DNA from: Octopus sinensis
Lineage: Eukaryota
Reading direction: 5' to 3'
Length of the DNA: 64,000 bases
Assembly (NCBI RefSeq): GCF_006345805.1
Contig: NC_043001.1
Span: forward strand, 118,172,001-118,236,000
Shown here in pieces: positions 51,275 to 64,000 of this stretch (positions within the stretch are counted from its first letter, which is position 1; every line of letters begins with the position of its first letter). The position numbers and the translations under genes were made by a program. Under the pieces are notes generated by a model. That model made no database searches. It saw only the letters and a list, made by a program, of their open reading frames with translations, and had not been told where the DNA came from.

Positions 51275-54200
51275 GTTTTAAAAAATTTTAATTACCATCA
51301 TCAAATTGATGCGTTCTGCTTAATGATCATAGATAATACATATAAAGCTGATTCAGGCAATCACCCAAAAATCCGTTGAATAATCAAAATCCAATGTCGA
51401 TAAACAATAACAACCCTCCCCTCCTTCCTCATATTCAAAATTGTCTAAATTTATCCTAACTAAACGCATCTAATCTGATCAACATTTTACTTTTCGCAAT
51501 TGTAGGTCGAATAAATAGTCACTAAATAACACGTGTGTTTTCTAATCTTAACGCAAGGACAATATACGTATAATTTCAATTTATTTGCAATCGCTTCTTA
51601 AAGCTAAGTGAAGAAATGACCAAACAATGCCTTATAAAACTTCTGTAAAATTAATGTGGAAAAGGGGGGAAAAAAAGGATCTTGCATGAATTAGAGACAC
51701 TATTTTCAAAAGAGCAATGAGAGCAGCTTTTGGCATATTTGTACTCTGGCTATCAATGAAAATATTTATGAGTAGCAAAACAAAGTGTGTGGGCAACGTG
51801 GTTGGTATCTAAATAAATGCAACCGTGAAGATTAATGTTTGCAATTAATTAAAAACAGAATTAGTGACCGAGTTAGTTGTTAATCGATAGAATTCGACGC
51901 AAATTATAGTGCACTGGTAATCGTTTCAGATACTAGCATGGCAAAGACCGAAAACATGAGAGCCTGCAAGGGAACCTCTAAATGATCGCTCAACCTTGCT
52001 AGAAATATTAGCCAAACTTCCTTAAATCACTTTCCTACTGTTCTAAAAGAAAATGGTTTATACAATATAGTCCTAAAATGATGAGATGGTCACGGCTGGA
52101 ATGCACTGTCGTCCACCGATTCAATTATAGCTGTCCTGCAGCAAAACAATTACAAAGTTATGTTTATTATAATGTAAATTATTGCATCATTGAACAAAAA
52201 TCATTATTATATTGATGTTTATAGTGTCACATTTCCAAAGACCAAGTCTTTAGATTTACTGATGTAATATTCTAAGAAATAACTTCAGACTTTTAACAGG
52301 GTTGAGTTTGTTTTACCAACACAAGACAAAAAAAACCCGTCCCTTCTCCAGATGACATAATGAGTGAGGGGTGTGTTAATGGTCTCACCAAACCAAATAA
52401 ATGTTGCCTAAGGAATAAATTTGCATTTTATTCTGAACAAAGAGAAATTGCAAAGCACATCGATTGTGTATATATATATATATATGACATAAGCAAACAA
52501 GAGAATTCATTCATAACCGAACAGTAAAACAGATTTTGGTTTCTTATTAGAACATAAAAGCTATTACGTCGTAAGATTAGATGGAATAACAGATGCTGAC
52601 GAACAAACATTTAAAAAAAAAATATTACATACTTTGTTTATTAGACAACTAAATTCATTTTCTGAGAAATTAGTAGGGCTATTTAAATGAAATTCAGTAT
52701 TTACCAGTAATCATCAGCAATAATGTTGTTACTATTATTACTGCTACTGTTACCACTCAAGGAACAATGGAAACAGTATTTGAACTCGACGTGAACTCAA
52801 AATATGGTAAGATGAAATATCTTAGGCATTTCTCCTCGAAGACATCTCACTGGACTGAAAGTTCACAAACCCAATTTAAAAGGAAAAAAAAAGGTTTACT
52901 AAAAAGAGAATTTTAAAATTGTATTAACCAAATTGTTCAGTCCTGTATCCGCTTTCTATGAACAGTGCTCACTCGTCTATAATGCGAGAAATTTATATTC
53001 AGAAGAAAGGGGTGGGGATAATACAATAATCGAGTATAAATAGTGTTATAAAAGGAATAAAGATTGTGTGGTTTTCATGCACAAAATTTGATAAACAACA
53101 CACACGGATGCTTCAAAATCCGATCGAGTGAGCGAACGTGTTCATCTCTTAAGTTCCAAACCTTCGGTTTTGTCAATATGTGACTCGAGGTCGAAAAGCC
53201 CTTAACCGCCCACTTATCCGACCCAATAACCTAATACGTAAATAGGCAAGTGACTAGACAAACCGTTTTGTTTTATTTATTGTATTAAAGAAGTTAACCA
53301 TAGTAAGGGTTGTTATGGAAACGACAAACTTCCTGGCGGTTTCCATCAACCAAATTTTATTATGTATTTTTCAATCCCAAGCAATAGTAGAAAGCACTTG
53401 CCTAGGGTACCATGCAGTAGGATCGAACCCGTAACCACATAAATTTGCTAAGCGAGCTTTTTAACAACACAGCTATGCAAATACCTGCACAAAATGTTTC
53501 CCAACATTACTTCATAACGAATCTCTTGGCACAAAGCCAGAAATTTTCGGAACAGTTTAATTGATTACATCAACCGCTCTACTTAATCTATCACTTTATT
53601 TTATCGACCCCAGAAAGATGAAAAATAAAACTGATCTCAGCAGGATTTGAACGTAACAAAACACGACACTTACGAATGGAATCCTAAACGCAGCCTTGAA
53701 TGGGAAGAAGTGAAATGATGTTCTTAGAATGATTTGTTTTCTTTCTTTTATTTCTTGCAAAGTAAACAGTTTTTCGAGTATTGAAGAGGTCGACCTTGAT
53801 ATTAGGATCGGAAGATTTACAATACTATTTTTGATGAACAACAAAATCCTCGACGTTCAGACAAGTTGATTAATGTCAAGGACGAGCAGAAAATAATTGG
53901 GTCGTTTTTCTTTCTTTTCTTTTGTATTTTTTAAAAATAATAACAACAGAGATTGGAAGAAAAACAGTTCCTGGTGTCTACAGACACAATATCGAAGACT
54001 TGGCGATAATCAAAACTCTGGCTTGTTTGCTATTTGTCTCTGCGAAGGTCTCGACTCGAAGCAGTGTTGCGCCCATAGCCTGCTTGATCTAGAACTGCTT
54101 GCCTTGCCAGCCAAATAAGTAGGCGGGGACCAATTTTGTTTGCTTGCTTTGGTTACGTCCTTTTTTAAAAATAGTCTCTTTTCAAAGATGATGGAATTAT

Positions 54201-54601
54201 TTTGTTTTCAGGAAGCTCTGAAATTCCTTTCGACTGTAGTAGCAATAGAATACGCTGATATCGTCGTCCCATCAGTGAGAAAGGACGAGAGAGATAGAAG
54301 AGCTGTTTGTAGGCACCGAGTAGCGACATGAAATCTGGGGAGCGACCAAGAAAGGGCGTCGGGTCCGAAGAGGGAGGGCGAGAGAGATTGGTGACCAAAG
54401 GAAGCACAAGGTAAATACTTGGGGAATCCACAAGCTGAAGATTGCTTGTGTTTTCCCTGGACAAAAAGGTTACCACCGACTCTCACAGACTGCAATAATA
54501 ATTGGTATAAATTTCTACTTGAGCAGATATTATTTCGTCGTAAAGCAGGAAATATTTCTGAAGACACACATCCACCTCCGAACACCAGAAATATATAAAC
54601 A

Positions 54602-54613
54602 TGCGCATGCGCA
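54602..54613. promoter_or_regulatory. NRF1-type palindromic motif TGCGCATGCGCA in a CpG-richer island next to a long CT tract
   Basis: Exact 12-bp palindrome, immediately after tatataaa. The region 54140-54620 is richer in CpG than its surroundings. Confidence 0.35.
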
Positions 54614-54639
54614 GCAGTTTAAAGCTATAACAACAACAA

Positions 54640-55000
54640 CACCCCTCTCTATCTCGCTCTCTCTCTCTCTCACCCATTTTCTCTCTCACCCATTTTCTCT
54701 CTCACCCTTCCTCTTTCTCTTTCTTGATCTTTCTCGCTCTCTCTCACCCTTCCTCTTTCTCTCTCTTCCTCTTTCTTTCTTTCTCTTTCCCTCCACCTCT
54801 ATTCTTCACTACTCACACGCCTTGCTTTTCTTCTCTTTGTTATCATCTACCTCTCGTTATTTCCCTCATACTCTGTCTTCTCTCTCTTTCTCTCTATCAT
54901 TCATTATCTTCCACTACGGATTTTCTATTTGATACTCTTTGTTGTTACCTTTCTCCCTCTCTCTTTCTCTCTCTCTCCTCCTCCCTCTTCTTTCTCTCAT
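54640..55000. repeat. Polypyrimidine (CT/TTC)-rich low-complexity tract
   Basis: About 360 bp dominated by C and T on the plus strand. Confidence 0.9.
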
Positions 55001-55085
55001 CTTACACTAACACATGGTACAAACAAACGGACATTTCTAATACACCAATGATCACGTTCTCTCTGTTATACTATTTAGCAATTAA

Positions 55086-55306
55086 AAGGCGGCGAGGAGC
55101 TGGCAGAACCGTTAGCGCGCCGGGCGAAATGCTTAGCGTATTTCGTCTGGCATTACGTTGTGAGTTCAAATTCCGCCGAGGTCGACTTTGCCTTTCATCC
55201 TTTCGGGGTCGATAAATTAAGTACCAGTTACGCACTGGGGTCTATGTAATCAACTTAACCCGTATGTCTGTCCTTGTTTGGCCCCTTGTGGGTAGTAAAG
55301 AAATAA
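55086..55306 (+). mobile_element. Best-preserved copy of the abundant SINE family
   Basis: aaggcggcga..gctggcagaaccgttagcgcgccgggcgaaatgcttagc...gagttcaaattccgccgaggtcgactttgcctttcatcctttcggggtcgataaattaagtaccag. Decayed copies occur near 5155, 15800, 18950, 31770, 32150, 34655, 36250, 43550, 53580 and 57153. Confidence 0.9.
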
Positions 55307-55897
55307 CCATTTATCAATTAAATGGAAATGAGCTAAGAGAAATAACTGAGAGTAGTTAATAGTATGTAAATGGACAACAAAAACAAACAAGAGTAAGCCA
55401 AAATTTTATCTTGTATAAGATTTAATACACTCTTATTCATCATAGTTCTTCAAACATATGCAAATATATGCAATTCTGATTTAGTCCTTAAAGTCTTGAT
55501 TTATTTCTCTTTGCATTTATGCAAATTTCCTCCGGTCGTAAATGTGTTCTCTCTTTTCGTAAGTCTAAGTATCTCATCTGCTGAGAAAGGTAGGAAAATT
55601 ATTCTGCTGCTGACACCATTTGGAGACAAATATGCGTAAACACCTGTCCTCTTATTTTCAGGTTTTACTAGTTTTGGCCATTAGACTGTGGCCATGCTGG
55701 GGCACTTCCTTGAAGAATTTTAGTCAAATGAATGGACCCCAATACGTTTTTTTTTTCTTTTTTTAAGCCTGATACTTCTTGTATTGGTTCCCTTTGCCGA
55801 ACCTCTAAGTTACAGAGACGTAAACACGCCACACTTGATATCAAGTGGTGGTGGTGATGGACAAACACAGGCACGAAGACACCCACATATAGGTATA

Positions 55898-56758
55898 TAC
55901 GTGGTCTGATCAATAAGTATCTGGACTGTTGCCATAGTAACGAAGCGAAAGCACAGAGAGTAAAACTGCTTGGCACAGATTGACCCCTGAACTCTGCAGT
56001 GCATGCGCACTAAGTATTAACGTAGCTCACTTCCGCTGTTTACAGCAGTACTTGGAAGGAACATGTGTAGCGTGTGATTGCCACATTGATCAGGAATCTG
56101 CATCAAATTTTGCCAAAAGCTTGGCGATACCTGCTCAGAGGCCTATGCAAAGTTGCAGAAACTGTATGGAGAGGAGTGTATGAGCCGAAAAAATGTCAAT
56201 AGTGATAAAGGTTCTGAGAGACCCACAACCAACAGAACTGTGAAAAACATTGCAGATGTACATGCAGATGTGAGGGGAAATAGTTGAATCGCCATCTGTG
56301 AGTTATTGGAGGATGTGCAGATTAGTTACGGTTCAGTTCTGTCCATTATCACTGAAGATTTGGGTGAGATGCATATCTACCAAGTTTGTGCCAAAACTGC
56401 TTTCAGCTGACACCACGTCTGCCCATTCAGCACAGCTTGTGCAGCAGTTTTTGGCTAGGCACAGCATTTCCCAGGTCCAACAGCCACTGTATCCCCCAGA
56501 TCTTGCCTCTTGCGACCTTTTCTTCTTTCCAAAAATCAAATCCCACTTGAAAGGAAGAAGATTTCAGGATGTTGAAGAAATCAAAGTGAATGCAAAAAGG
56601 CAGCTACCGATTATCCCAGAAAACGAGTCCTAGGAATGTTTCTATCAATGGAAACAGTGTAGGATTAAGTGTGTGGCTTCTGAAGGAGATTAAATGCCAA
56701 ATTGGTATGTGTTGTAGTTTTGTTTTTGTAGCACCAGTCTGGATACTTGTAGACCTCA
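55898..56758 (+). mobile_element. Internally deleted mariner element with both TIRs
   Basis: Left TIR tacgtggtctgatcaataagtatctggactg; decayed right TIR cagtctggatacttgtagacctca. Transposase pieces: ICIKFCQKLG, KFVPKLL joined directly to SAH..LVQQFL..YPPDLASCDLFFFPKIK, so the first catalytic Asp region is deleted. Confidence 0.8.
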
Positions 56759-57152
56759 GGTTTCTTTCAGTTTTTGTCTTTCAAATCCACTCACAAGACT
56801 ATGGTCAGCCTGAGGCTATAGAAGACAATTGCTCAAGGTGCCACACAGTGGAACTGAACCTGGAACCGTGTGGTTGGAAAGCAAACTTCTTATCAAACAG
56901 CCATGCCTGCACCTATAGCCACACTGTCTTTGTTTATAAATTATATTGCTGGGTAAATTACAAACAAAAGCGGGGATAAGATGAGACAAACAAATTCAAC
57001 AAGCAGGATTTGGGAGATTATGAAAGAAAGGATAATCAATGCTTAAAGAAAAGTAGCTTTAAACCTTTAGTGTGGTTTTATGTTTATTAAATGATTATTG
57101 TTGAATAACAACAATCAGTCGGCGGCATGCTATATTCAAAATGACAATAGTA

Positions 57153-57370
57153 TTATTGGTTTCAAATTTTGGCACAAGACCAGCAATTTCAGGGGAGGAG
57201 ATAAGTCAGTTATAACAACCCAAGTGCTCAACTGGTACTTATTTTATCAACCCTGAAAGGATGAAAGGCAAAGTCGACCTTGGCAGAATTTGAACTCAGA
57301 GCGTAAAGACAGGTAAAATGCCACTAAGCATTTCGCCCAGCACACGAACAATTCTGCCAGCTCACTGTCT
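57153..57370 (-). mobile_element. SINE, same family as 55086
   Basis: Reverse-complement match along the whole unit. Confidence 0.85.
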
Positions 57371-57729
57371 TACAAGGACCAATATTAGCATAAATTCTCA
57401 CATATTTATTAACCTGGAACATTTGCATTTACACTTATAAAACACTTGAATCATTAGAAGAGTATTCAAGAGATACTGAATGAAATAAATACAAATTTCC
57501 ACTGCATATTATGCATGATAATTATAGGAAAATAGTTCATGGTTATTAAAAACAGAATAAGTTGAAAGAATGATAATGCCTTATCACTGACAATCCTTGT
57601 GCTGCATAGCACCCAAGGCAGTTCTATTAGGAAACATAGAAGAGGATCAAAGACCATCTCACAGGGCACACGTTCAATTTGTCAACTTTTACATAACTCA
57701 TAGTCAAGCTTCTAGAACTTTTAGCTGTT

Positions 57730-57965
57730 GGAGGTGCTTGGCTTAGTGGTTAGGGTGTTGAACTCGTGATCATAAGGTTGTGGTTTCGACTCCTGGATCA
57801 GGCAATGCGTTGTGTTCTTGAGCAAAACACTTCATTTCACCTTGCTCCTGTCCACTCAGCTGGCAAAAATGAGTAATCCTGTGACGGACCGGCGTCCCAT
57901 CCAGGTGGGGAATTTCTATGCCACAGAAACCGGGAAACCAACCCTTATGAGCCTGGCACGGCTTG
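57730..57965 (+). mobile_element. tRNA-derived SINE (second family)
   Basis: A-box tggcttagtgg and B-box ggtttcgactcc, then ttgtgttcttgagcaaaacacttcatttc. A minus-strand relative lies at about 33960-34185. Confidence 0.8.
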
Positions 57966-59787
57966 AGAAGGAACAACCTGCTGGGAAGGAAATTCATGCA
58001 TTAATTACTACAAGTCAGCCAATGTTAGTAGATCAAATCATGTTTGCATAGGCATTTATGCTTTATTTAGAAATATACCTATGAAGAGGTTTTATGCCAG
58101 AATTGTGAGCAAAGTGATTTCAAATCTGGACAGAAGCATGCAATATTAGTACCAAGCAGCATCAATGAAAATTTCATGTTTTGTCTATTTTTCAAATAGT
58201 TTTTTCCTAATCCTATCTTACTGTACTTGCCACCTTTCTCAAAGTTGCTTTTTTGATATTCTCCTTACTGTTCTTAGTTCATGTTTGTTCATCATAGTTG
58301 GTTCTTTTATTCATTGTTCTAAATGTTTGGCCAGTAATTCTTCTTCCTTCTTATCTCCTTGCATTTGTACTTTCTCTCTTTGCAAATAATCAGATCACTG
58401 TTCCTTGTCATCGCTCTCTCCTCATATCTATTCACTTTTTTTTTGATACTATGTGTCCTGCACATTTGTGCTACCCTGTTAGCTCTTCATACCTGTTGGG
58501 TGTGTCATATCCTTTTCTTATTTCCTCTTTTTGTTTGTTATGATCTCGATTTTTTTTCTTCTTTTTTTTTTCTTTCATTGCTTTAAGTCTTCGGAGTTTT
58601 GATCATTCAGATGCAGCTTTTCTATTTTTCTTGTTGAAACACTTTGCAAGCTGTATGTGGAAGCTCTGAAACATAAAATAACTCACTCTGCCTTCAAACA
58701 TGTTGGCTAATTTTCCATTTACAGACACCTTAGTTATATGACTGGGAATAACTTCACTACTATATATTTCTAGTTAAGTATTCATATATGCATACATGGT
58801 GCCCCAGCATGGCCAGAGCTCAAGAGCTGAAACTGGAAAACATAAACATAAAACATAATGCATACATAGCTCTGGAAATGGCAAGTAATGTGCAAACATT
58901 GCATTTTCCTTAGAAAAAACAGAAAAATTAGTGGAAATTCTGCTTCCAGTCCATTCAGAGATGATTGTCCCCTCAGCAGAGATGTATCTTTGTTCTTCTG
59001 CCATCCAGAGAATTTGTAAAATGTTGTGTCTATAGTCGTAGCTTGTCATGATGTAATATTAATAGGTTTCCTGATTTGTAAATGATACATTGCATTCTTG
59101 ATCTATATAAATTATACTATTTTGCTAGTATATATTGTGAGCTTGCCTTGTTCCCTGGAAGACTAAAGAGTCCTCACTACTCCACATTGTTTCCATTCAT
59201 CCAAGGTGTACATAACTGAGAGGGTAAGTAGAAGATAGAGTATGATGGAGAGAGTAAAAGAAGAGAGAGAGTCATGATGGGAGGAGAGTAAGTAGAAGAG
59301 GGAGTAATGGGAAAGAGAGAGTTAGAGTTGTTTGTTGGTGATTGAATAGAGAACTGGGATGAGTGATTTGATAGGATTAGTAATAAAGATGGGGAATAAG
59401 GAGTGAGAGCAACCAATGGATAACAACAGAGATGGCTGATGGTGGATAAAAGCAGCAGATGCCAATGAGGATTCTCTTGGGAGGAAAAGAGCGACGGCTA
59501 ACAATATAGATGGATAATGGTAGGAAGTACTGGATGTAGACTGAAACCATGGCATCCCTATTACACAAGAATTGTGATAGATGACAACGGATGATGGAGG
59601 AGGGACTGAATATGGATATAGCATAGACACTCGTCTGTTACATGGCTTAGTGAATTGGTGAGAGGGTGGATGATAAATGAGAAGCCATCAGAAAGAGCAA
59701 TATATGCAGATTTAACTGGAATATAATTGGTAAAGTAAATATCTTACATTCCAGTCTCCATCACCGTCATTTTAATGATAATATTGC

Positions 59788-59938
59788 AGACCGGATCCAA
59801 CGTATAGGTGTGACCTCTGCAAACGAGACTGCTACTCTCGCATCAGTCTCTACAGCCACAGGAGGCGTTGCAAAAACTGAATAGACAACTCAGCGGACGG
59901 ATGACATCATCCATGGCCAGCCATGACCAACGGAGGCC
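59788..59938 (+). mobile_element. Extreme 3' end of a fourth RTE lineage (C-terminal CCHC-type zinc motif)
   Basis: RPDPTYRCDLCKRDCYSRISLYSHRRRCKN* (59788-59880), then a short 3' UTR tccatggcc..gaccaacggaggcc. Confidence 0.7.
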
Positions 59939-59999
59939 CTGGTATTGCCATATTTACACTTTGTCAATAAGCGTCATGCAGCAACTCATTATAGATCAT

Positions 60000-60400
60000 T
60001 GTCATATCTTCTATGAGAAATAGCTTCTTCAGATCAATCTTCATCATGTTAGCCCACATTTTACTATGTCACTCTCTTCCACAATTTTCATCGACTGCAA
60101 GTGCTTGGCATTTGTTTATACAACTGATATTTAGTATATACATCAGCTGCAAGATTAGATTTTGAATAGAGAACCCATATGACTCCATGCTTCTGGCCAA
60201 GCAACACTTCAATGTCTGTAAGGCCCAACATCCAGACAAAGTGGCAGGGTTCACTGAGTCAGTGGAGCATGCTCTCCTTGTAGATCCTTGTAGGTACTCA
60301 ACTGAGATTGGACAGAGACACTGTCATAAAATCCACCATTCCTGTTGATGCTTTCAAATAACCTATCCACATATACTTACGGAAGGAAAGACTAACATAT
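60000..60400 (-). mobile_element. Old RTE C-terminal remnant
   Basis: Decayed CGRE.HSKMWANMMKIDLKKLFLIEDM parallels RGRPRKTWDEVMKHDLRTLGLTKEM. Confidence 0.45.
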
Positions 60401-60887
60401 ATTCCACCAATAACAGATAAAAAGATGAAACCAGTTGAACATTTGCTAAAAATCTGAGTATGCATGGTATAAAGTGTAATGGCTTAATTAATTCTTCATT
60501 GGATTAGGTCTAACCAAAGACACCAAAGTAGAATAAAATATGATGCAGAATCGTCTGTCGGTGATTGTTGAAGATTCCAAGTGCTCATTATAATAATCAT
60601 TATTGCTATTCTTTCATATCGGCAGCCAGTGTTTTGCCATTTTGCACCCTCCCATCCCACCCCCACCACCTATACTGGAAGTCTTTATCCTCTCACCTCT
60701 ACCAGATGTCTTTTTCCTGAGCACCTCCAATGGCTTACTATACAGAACTCTCTCCCATCCTTACCTAGTGTTTATCTTCTATGGAATCTAGTGGTTGTGT
60801 AGCACATAGTGCATAAAATGATGGTATAGCGTATACAGTTGAAGGCCATTGTATGCTTTACAAGATCTGCTAAATGTGAGCTTTTCA

Positions 60888-63800
60888 GATGCATGATGCT
60901 GCTGTCCCCCATCCCAGGGTCTTGTGGGCCCACATCTTCAGAGTTGGCACATTGAAAGGTAGGTCTGATGAGATTGTTGAGATGCTTGAATGGAGATGTG
61001 TGCTACATCCAAGAAGTTGGAGAGGAAGTTCTGCTAGGTTCCTCGCAGACAAAGAACGTAGGTATAAGATTTTCTGAGTAGGGAACACTGATAGGGTTGG
61101 GGGTGTGGGTATACTTCTTGTGGAGAAATGAGTTGATAAGGTAATCAAGGTAGTCAGAGTCTGTGATAGAATACTTAAGCTAAGATTAGTGCTGCAACAT
61201 GGATTAACCACCATTATCTCGGCTTATGCACCTCAGCGAGGGCAACCTGATGAACAGAAAGACCAGTTTTATGATACCCTGTTGCAGACTACCTCATCAA
61301 CGAATGACAGGAGCCTTCTTTTTCTGACTGGTGACTTCAATGAGCATGTTGGACAACATCCAGGAAGCTTCCATGGTGTACACCAGTCTGGTGACCACAC
61401 TAGTCAAATTGACTACATTCTCACCAGGAAATGGGAAAGATGGCTACTTATAAATGCCAAAACCTTTCCAGGTGAAGAATGCACTCCACAACATAGGTTA
61501 GTAGTTAGTGACTTCAGGATCAGGGCTAAATGGCTGCCCAGAAGACAACCAGCATGGAAAAGAAAGGTCTGGAAGTTTAAGGATCTTGTTATTAGACAGA
61601 GATTTAGAGGTGTATTACTTGAAGAGGAGGATATGGCATCATACATGTGGAAGACAACCGGAGGAGGATTATTGACGAGATTTGTGGATGGTGCAAATCC
61701 CTCCACCTCAACCTAAGGTAACGTGGTAGTGAAACAATGTAGTTGACAGGGCCATTAGGGAAAAGAAACAGGTATGAAGGACTGGAAGAGTGGTGGTAGC
61801 AGGGAACTGTATCAGATTGCCAGAAGGGAAGCTAGGAGACAGGTTTACTTAGCCAGAGGAGAAGCCCGATAAGATAAAATTTGCCAATGTTCTGCGTCAT
61901 GAGGATCAAGGACTTGAAGTGTTTTGTGTTGCAAGACAGTATTGAGAAAGAACCGTGATGTCATAGGAGAGAAATGTGTCTGTATGGATGATGACTCACT
62001 TGCATCTAATGAGAGACTTAAAGATGCCACTATGAAAGGTTGCTAAATGAAGAGAACGAATGTGAGAAAGAGAGTCTGCTGAATGTCGACCCAGCAGAGA
62101 GACCAGCTATCGGAATTGACAGTAGCTTAGTAGATAAAGCAATTAAAGGTATGAAGACAGAGAAAGCCCCCGGCCCATCAGGAACCCTGAAGAGATGCTT
62201 AAAATATCTGGCAGTGAAGACTATAGTCTAGTCACCCATATAGTCAACCAGGTGATACATGAAGGAGTCATACCCAATGACTTGTGTAGCAGCATCATAG
62301 TCAATCACTACAAAGGTAGAGGTGATGCACTAGATAGGAATAATTACAAAGGTATCAAATTGTTGGATCAGGTAATGAAAGTCACAGAAAGACTCATACT
62401 AATTAAGGAGAGAGTTAGATTAGATGCAATGAAGTTTGGATTTGTGCCGAAAAGAAGCACCACAGATGCTATATTTCTGGTAAAACAGCTGCAGGAGAAA
62501 TTCCTAGCCAAAGATAAACCTCTGAATTTGGCGTTCATTGGCATGGAGAAAGTCTTTGACAGGGTCCCCTGATCCCTTATCTGGTGGTCAATGTGTGAGA
62601 GCTGTAAAAGCTATGTACAGAGATGCAGTCAGTAAGGTTAGGGTTGGCAACAAGTAAAGTGAAGAATTCCAGGTAGGAGTAAGAGTCCACCAAGAATCAA
62701 TCCTCAGTCCCCTCTTATTCATCATAGTCCTCCAGGTAATAGAAGAGGAATTCAAGACATGATGCCCCCAAGAGCTCTTCTATGCTGATGACTTTGCTCT
62801 GATAGCTGAGTCACTACCAGAACTAGAGGAAAAGTTTCAGGTGTGGAAGCAAGGTCTAGAATCGAAGGGCCTTAGAGTCAATCTAGCAAAAACCCAAGTC
62901 TTAGTAAGTAGGAAGGCAGACAAATCACAAAATGTGCAGAAAACAGCTTCCATCACATGCCAGGGATAAAAACTAGAAGTAGTTGATAGTTTCTGTTACC
63001 TAGGTGACCAGGTCTGTAGCAGGGGTGGATGTTCTGAGAACATAGCTGCTAGAATAAGAATAGCCTGGGCAAAGTTCAGAGAGGTCCTACCTCTGCTGGT
63101 AACAAAGGGCTTCTTGCTCAGAGTGAAAGGTAGACTGTATGATGCATATGTGTGAACAGCCATGCTACATGGTAGTAAAATGTGGGCTGTGACTGCTGAG
63201 GACATGTGTAGGCTTGAAGGAAATGAAGCTAGTATGCTCCGCTGAATGTGTAAGGTCAGTGTGCATATATGACAGAGTGTAAGCGCCCTGAGAGAAAAGT
63301 TCGACCTAAGAAGCATCAGATGTGGTGTGTAAGAGAGACGACTGCACTCGTTTAGTCAAGTGTTACATATGGATGAGGACAGCTGTGTGAAGAAGTGTCA
63401 CACTCTAACAGTGGAGAGAACCAGTGGAAGAGGTAGACCCAGGAAGAACTGGGATGAGGTGGTGAAACATGACCTTTGAATGTTGGGCCTCACAGAGGCA
63501 ATGACATGCGACCGAGAGCTTTGGTAATATACTGTGCTTGAGAAGACCCAGCAATCTAAGTGAAAATTGTAGCCATGGCCTATGCCAGTGTCACATAACC
63601 GGCCCATTTAAAAGTACCCTTCAATCGCCGGGCAATATGCTGTGCTTGAGAAGACCTGTTGAGTCAAGTGAAATCATTATCATTATCATGGCCAATACCT
63701 GTAGGACCTGACTGTCACCCATGCTGGTAGCATGTAAAAAACCACCATTTCAGCATGGTCAATGCCAGTACTGCTTGACTGGCACCTGTGCCAGTAGAAC

Positions 63801-63965
63801 ATAAAAGGCACCCTCTAAAGTCTCAGAGTGGTTGACATTAGGAAGGTATCCAGCTGTAGAGACCTTGCCAGATCAGATTGGAGCTTGGTGCAGCCTCCTG
63901 GCTTGCCAATCCTCAGTCAAACCGTCAAACCCATGCCACCATGGACATTAAACAACAACGAGGAG
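60888..63965 (+). mobile_element. Degraded near-full-length copy of the main RTE LINE, lacking the PHD module
   Basis: Colinear with the copy at 1-2950: RVGTLKGRSDEIVEML, GDFNEHVG, SQIDYIL, KAPGPSG, FGFVPKRST, YADD, RGRPRKNWDEV and the 3' tail. Many stops and frameshifts. Confidence 0.93.
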
Positions 63966-64000
63966 GAGGAGTCACCTGCTGGCTTATTGATCAGTGGATT

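Noticed and set aside
54519-55215. Leu/Ser/Phe-rich ORFs that resemble membrane proteins
   Set aside because: They are produced by the CT-rich low-complexity tract and run into a SINE.
57730-57800. tRNA gene
   Set aside because: A and B boxes are present but there is no complete cloverleaf, and the sequence continues into a SINE body.

Overview
AT-rich, repeat-dense animal DNA. The SINE and RTE-LINE families look like those of an octopus/coleoid cephalopod (recognition only, not a database result). Two host genes lie on the minus strand. (1) eEF2 kinase (EEF2K): 11 coding exons read by hand between 42109 and 21828, all with GT-AG boundaries and consistent phase, 2070 nt, about 689 aa. (2) The first coding exon of a GH29 alpha-L-fucosidase (7952..7213), whose remaining exons must lie left of the window. 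The rest is mostly mobile DNA: at least four RTE-clade LINE lineages, CR1/L2-type remnants, mariner relics, MITEs, a Helitron-like element and many SINEs. The least-explained structures are: a cluster of three hammerhead-ribozyme-like motifs at 11.75-12.55 kb (Penelope/retrozyme-like); a perfect 302-bp-arm palindrome upstream of the EEF2K coding region; an RTE insertion with twin-priming inversion geometry and a 12-bp TSD; a 27-bp Ser-Pro repeat array in the EEF2K regulatory linker; a fucosidase with a long anchor-plus-stem N-terminus; and a PHD finger that is present in two copies of an RTE ORF and cleanly absent in a third.
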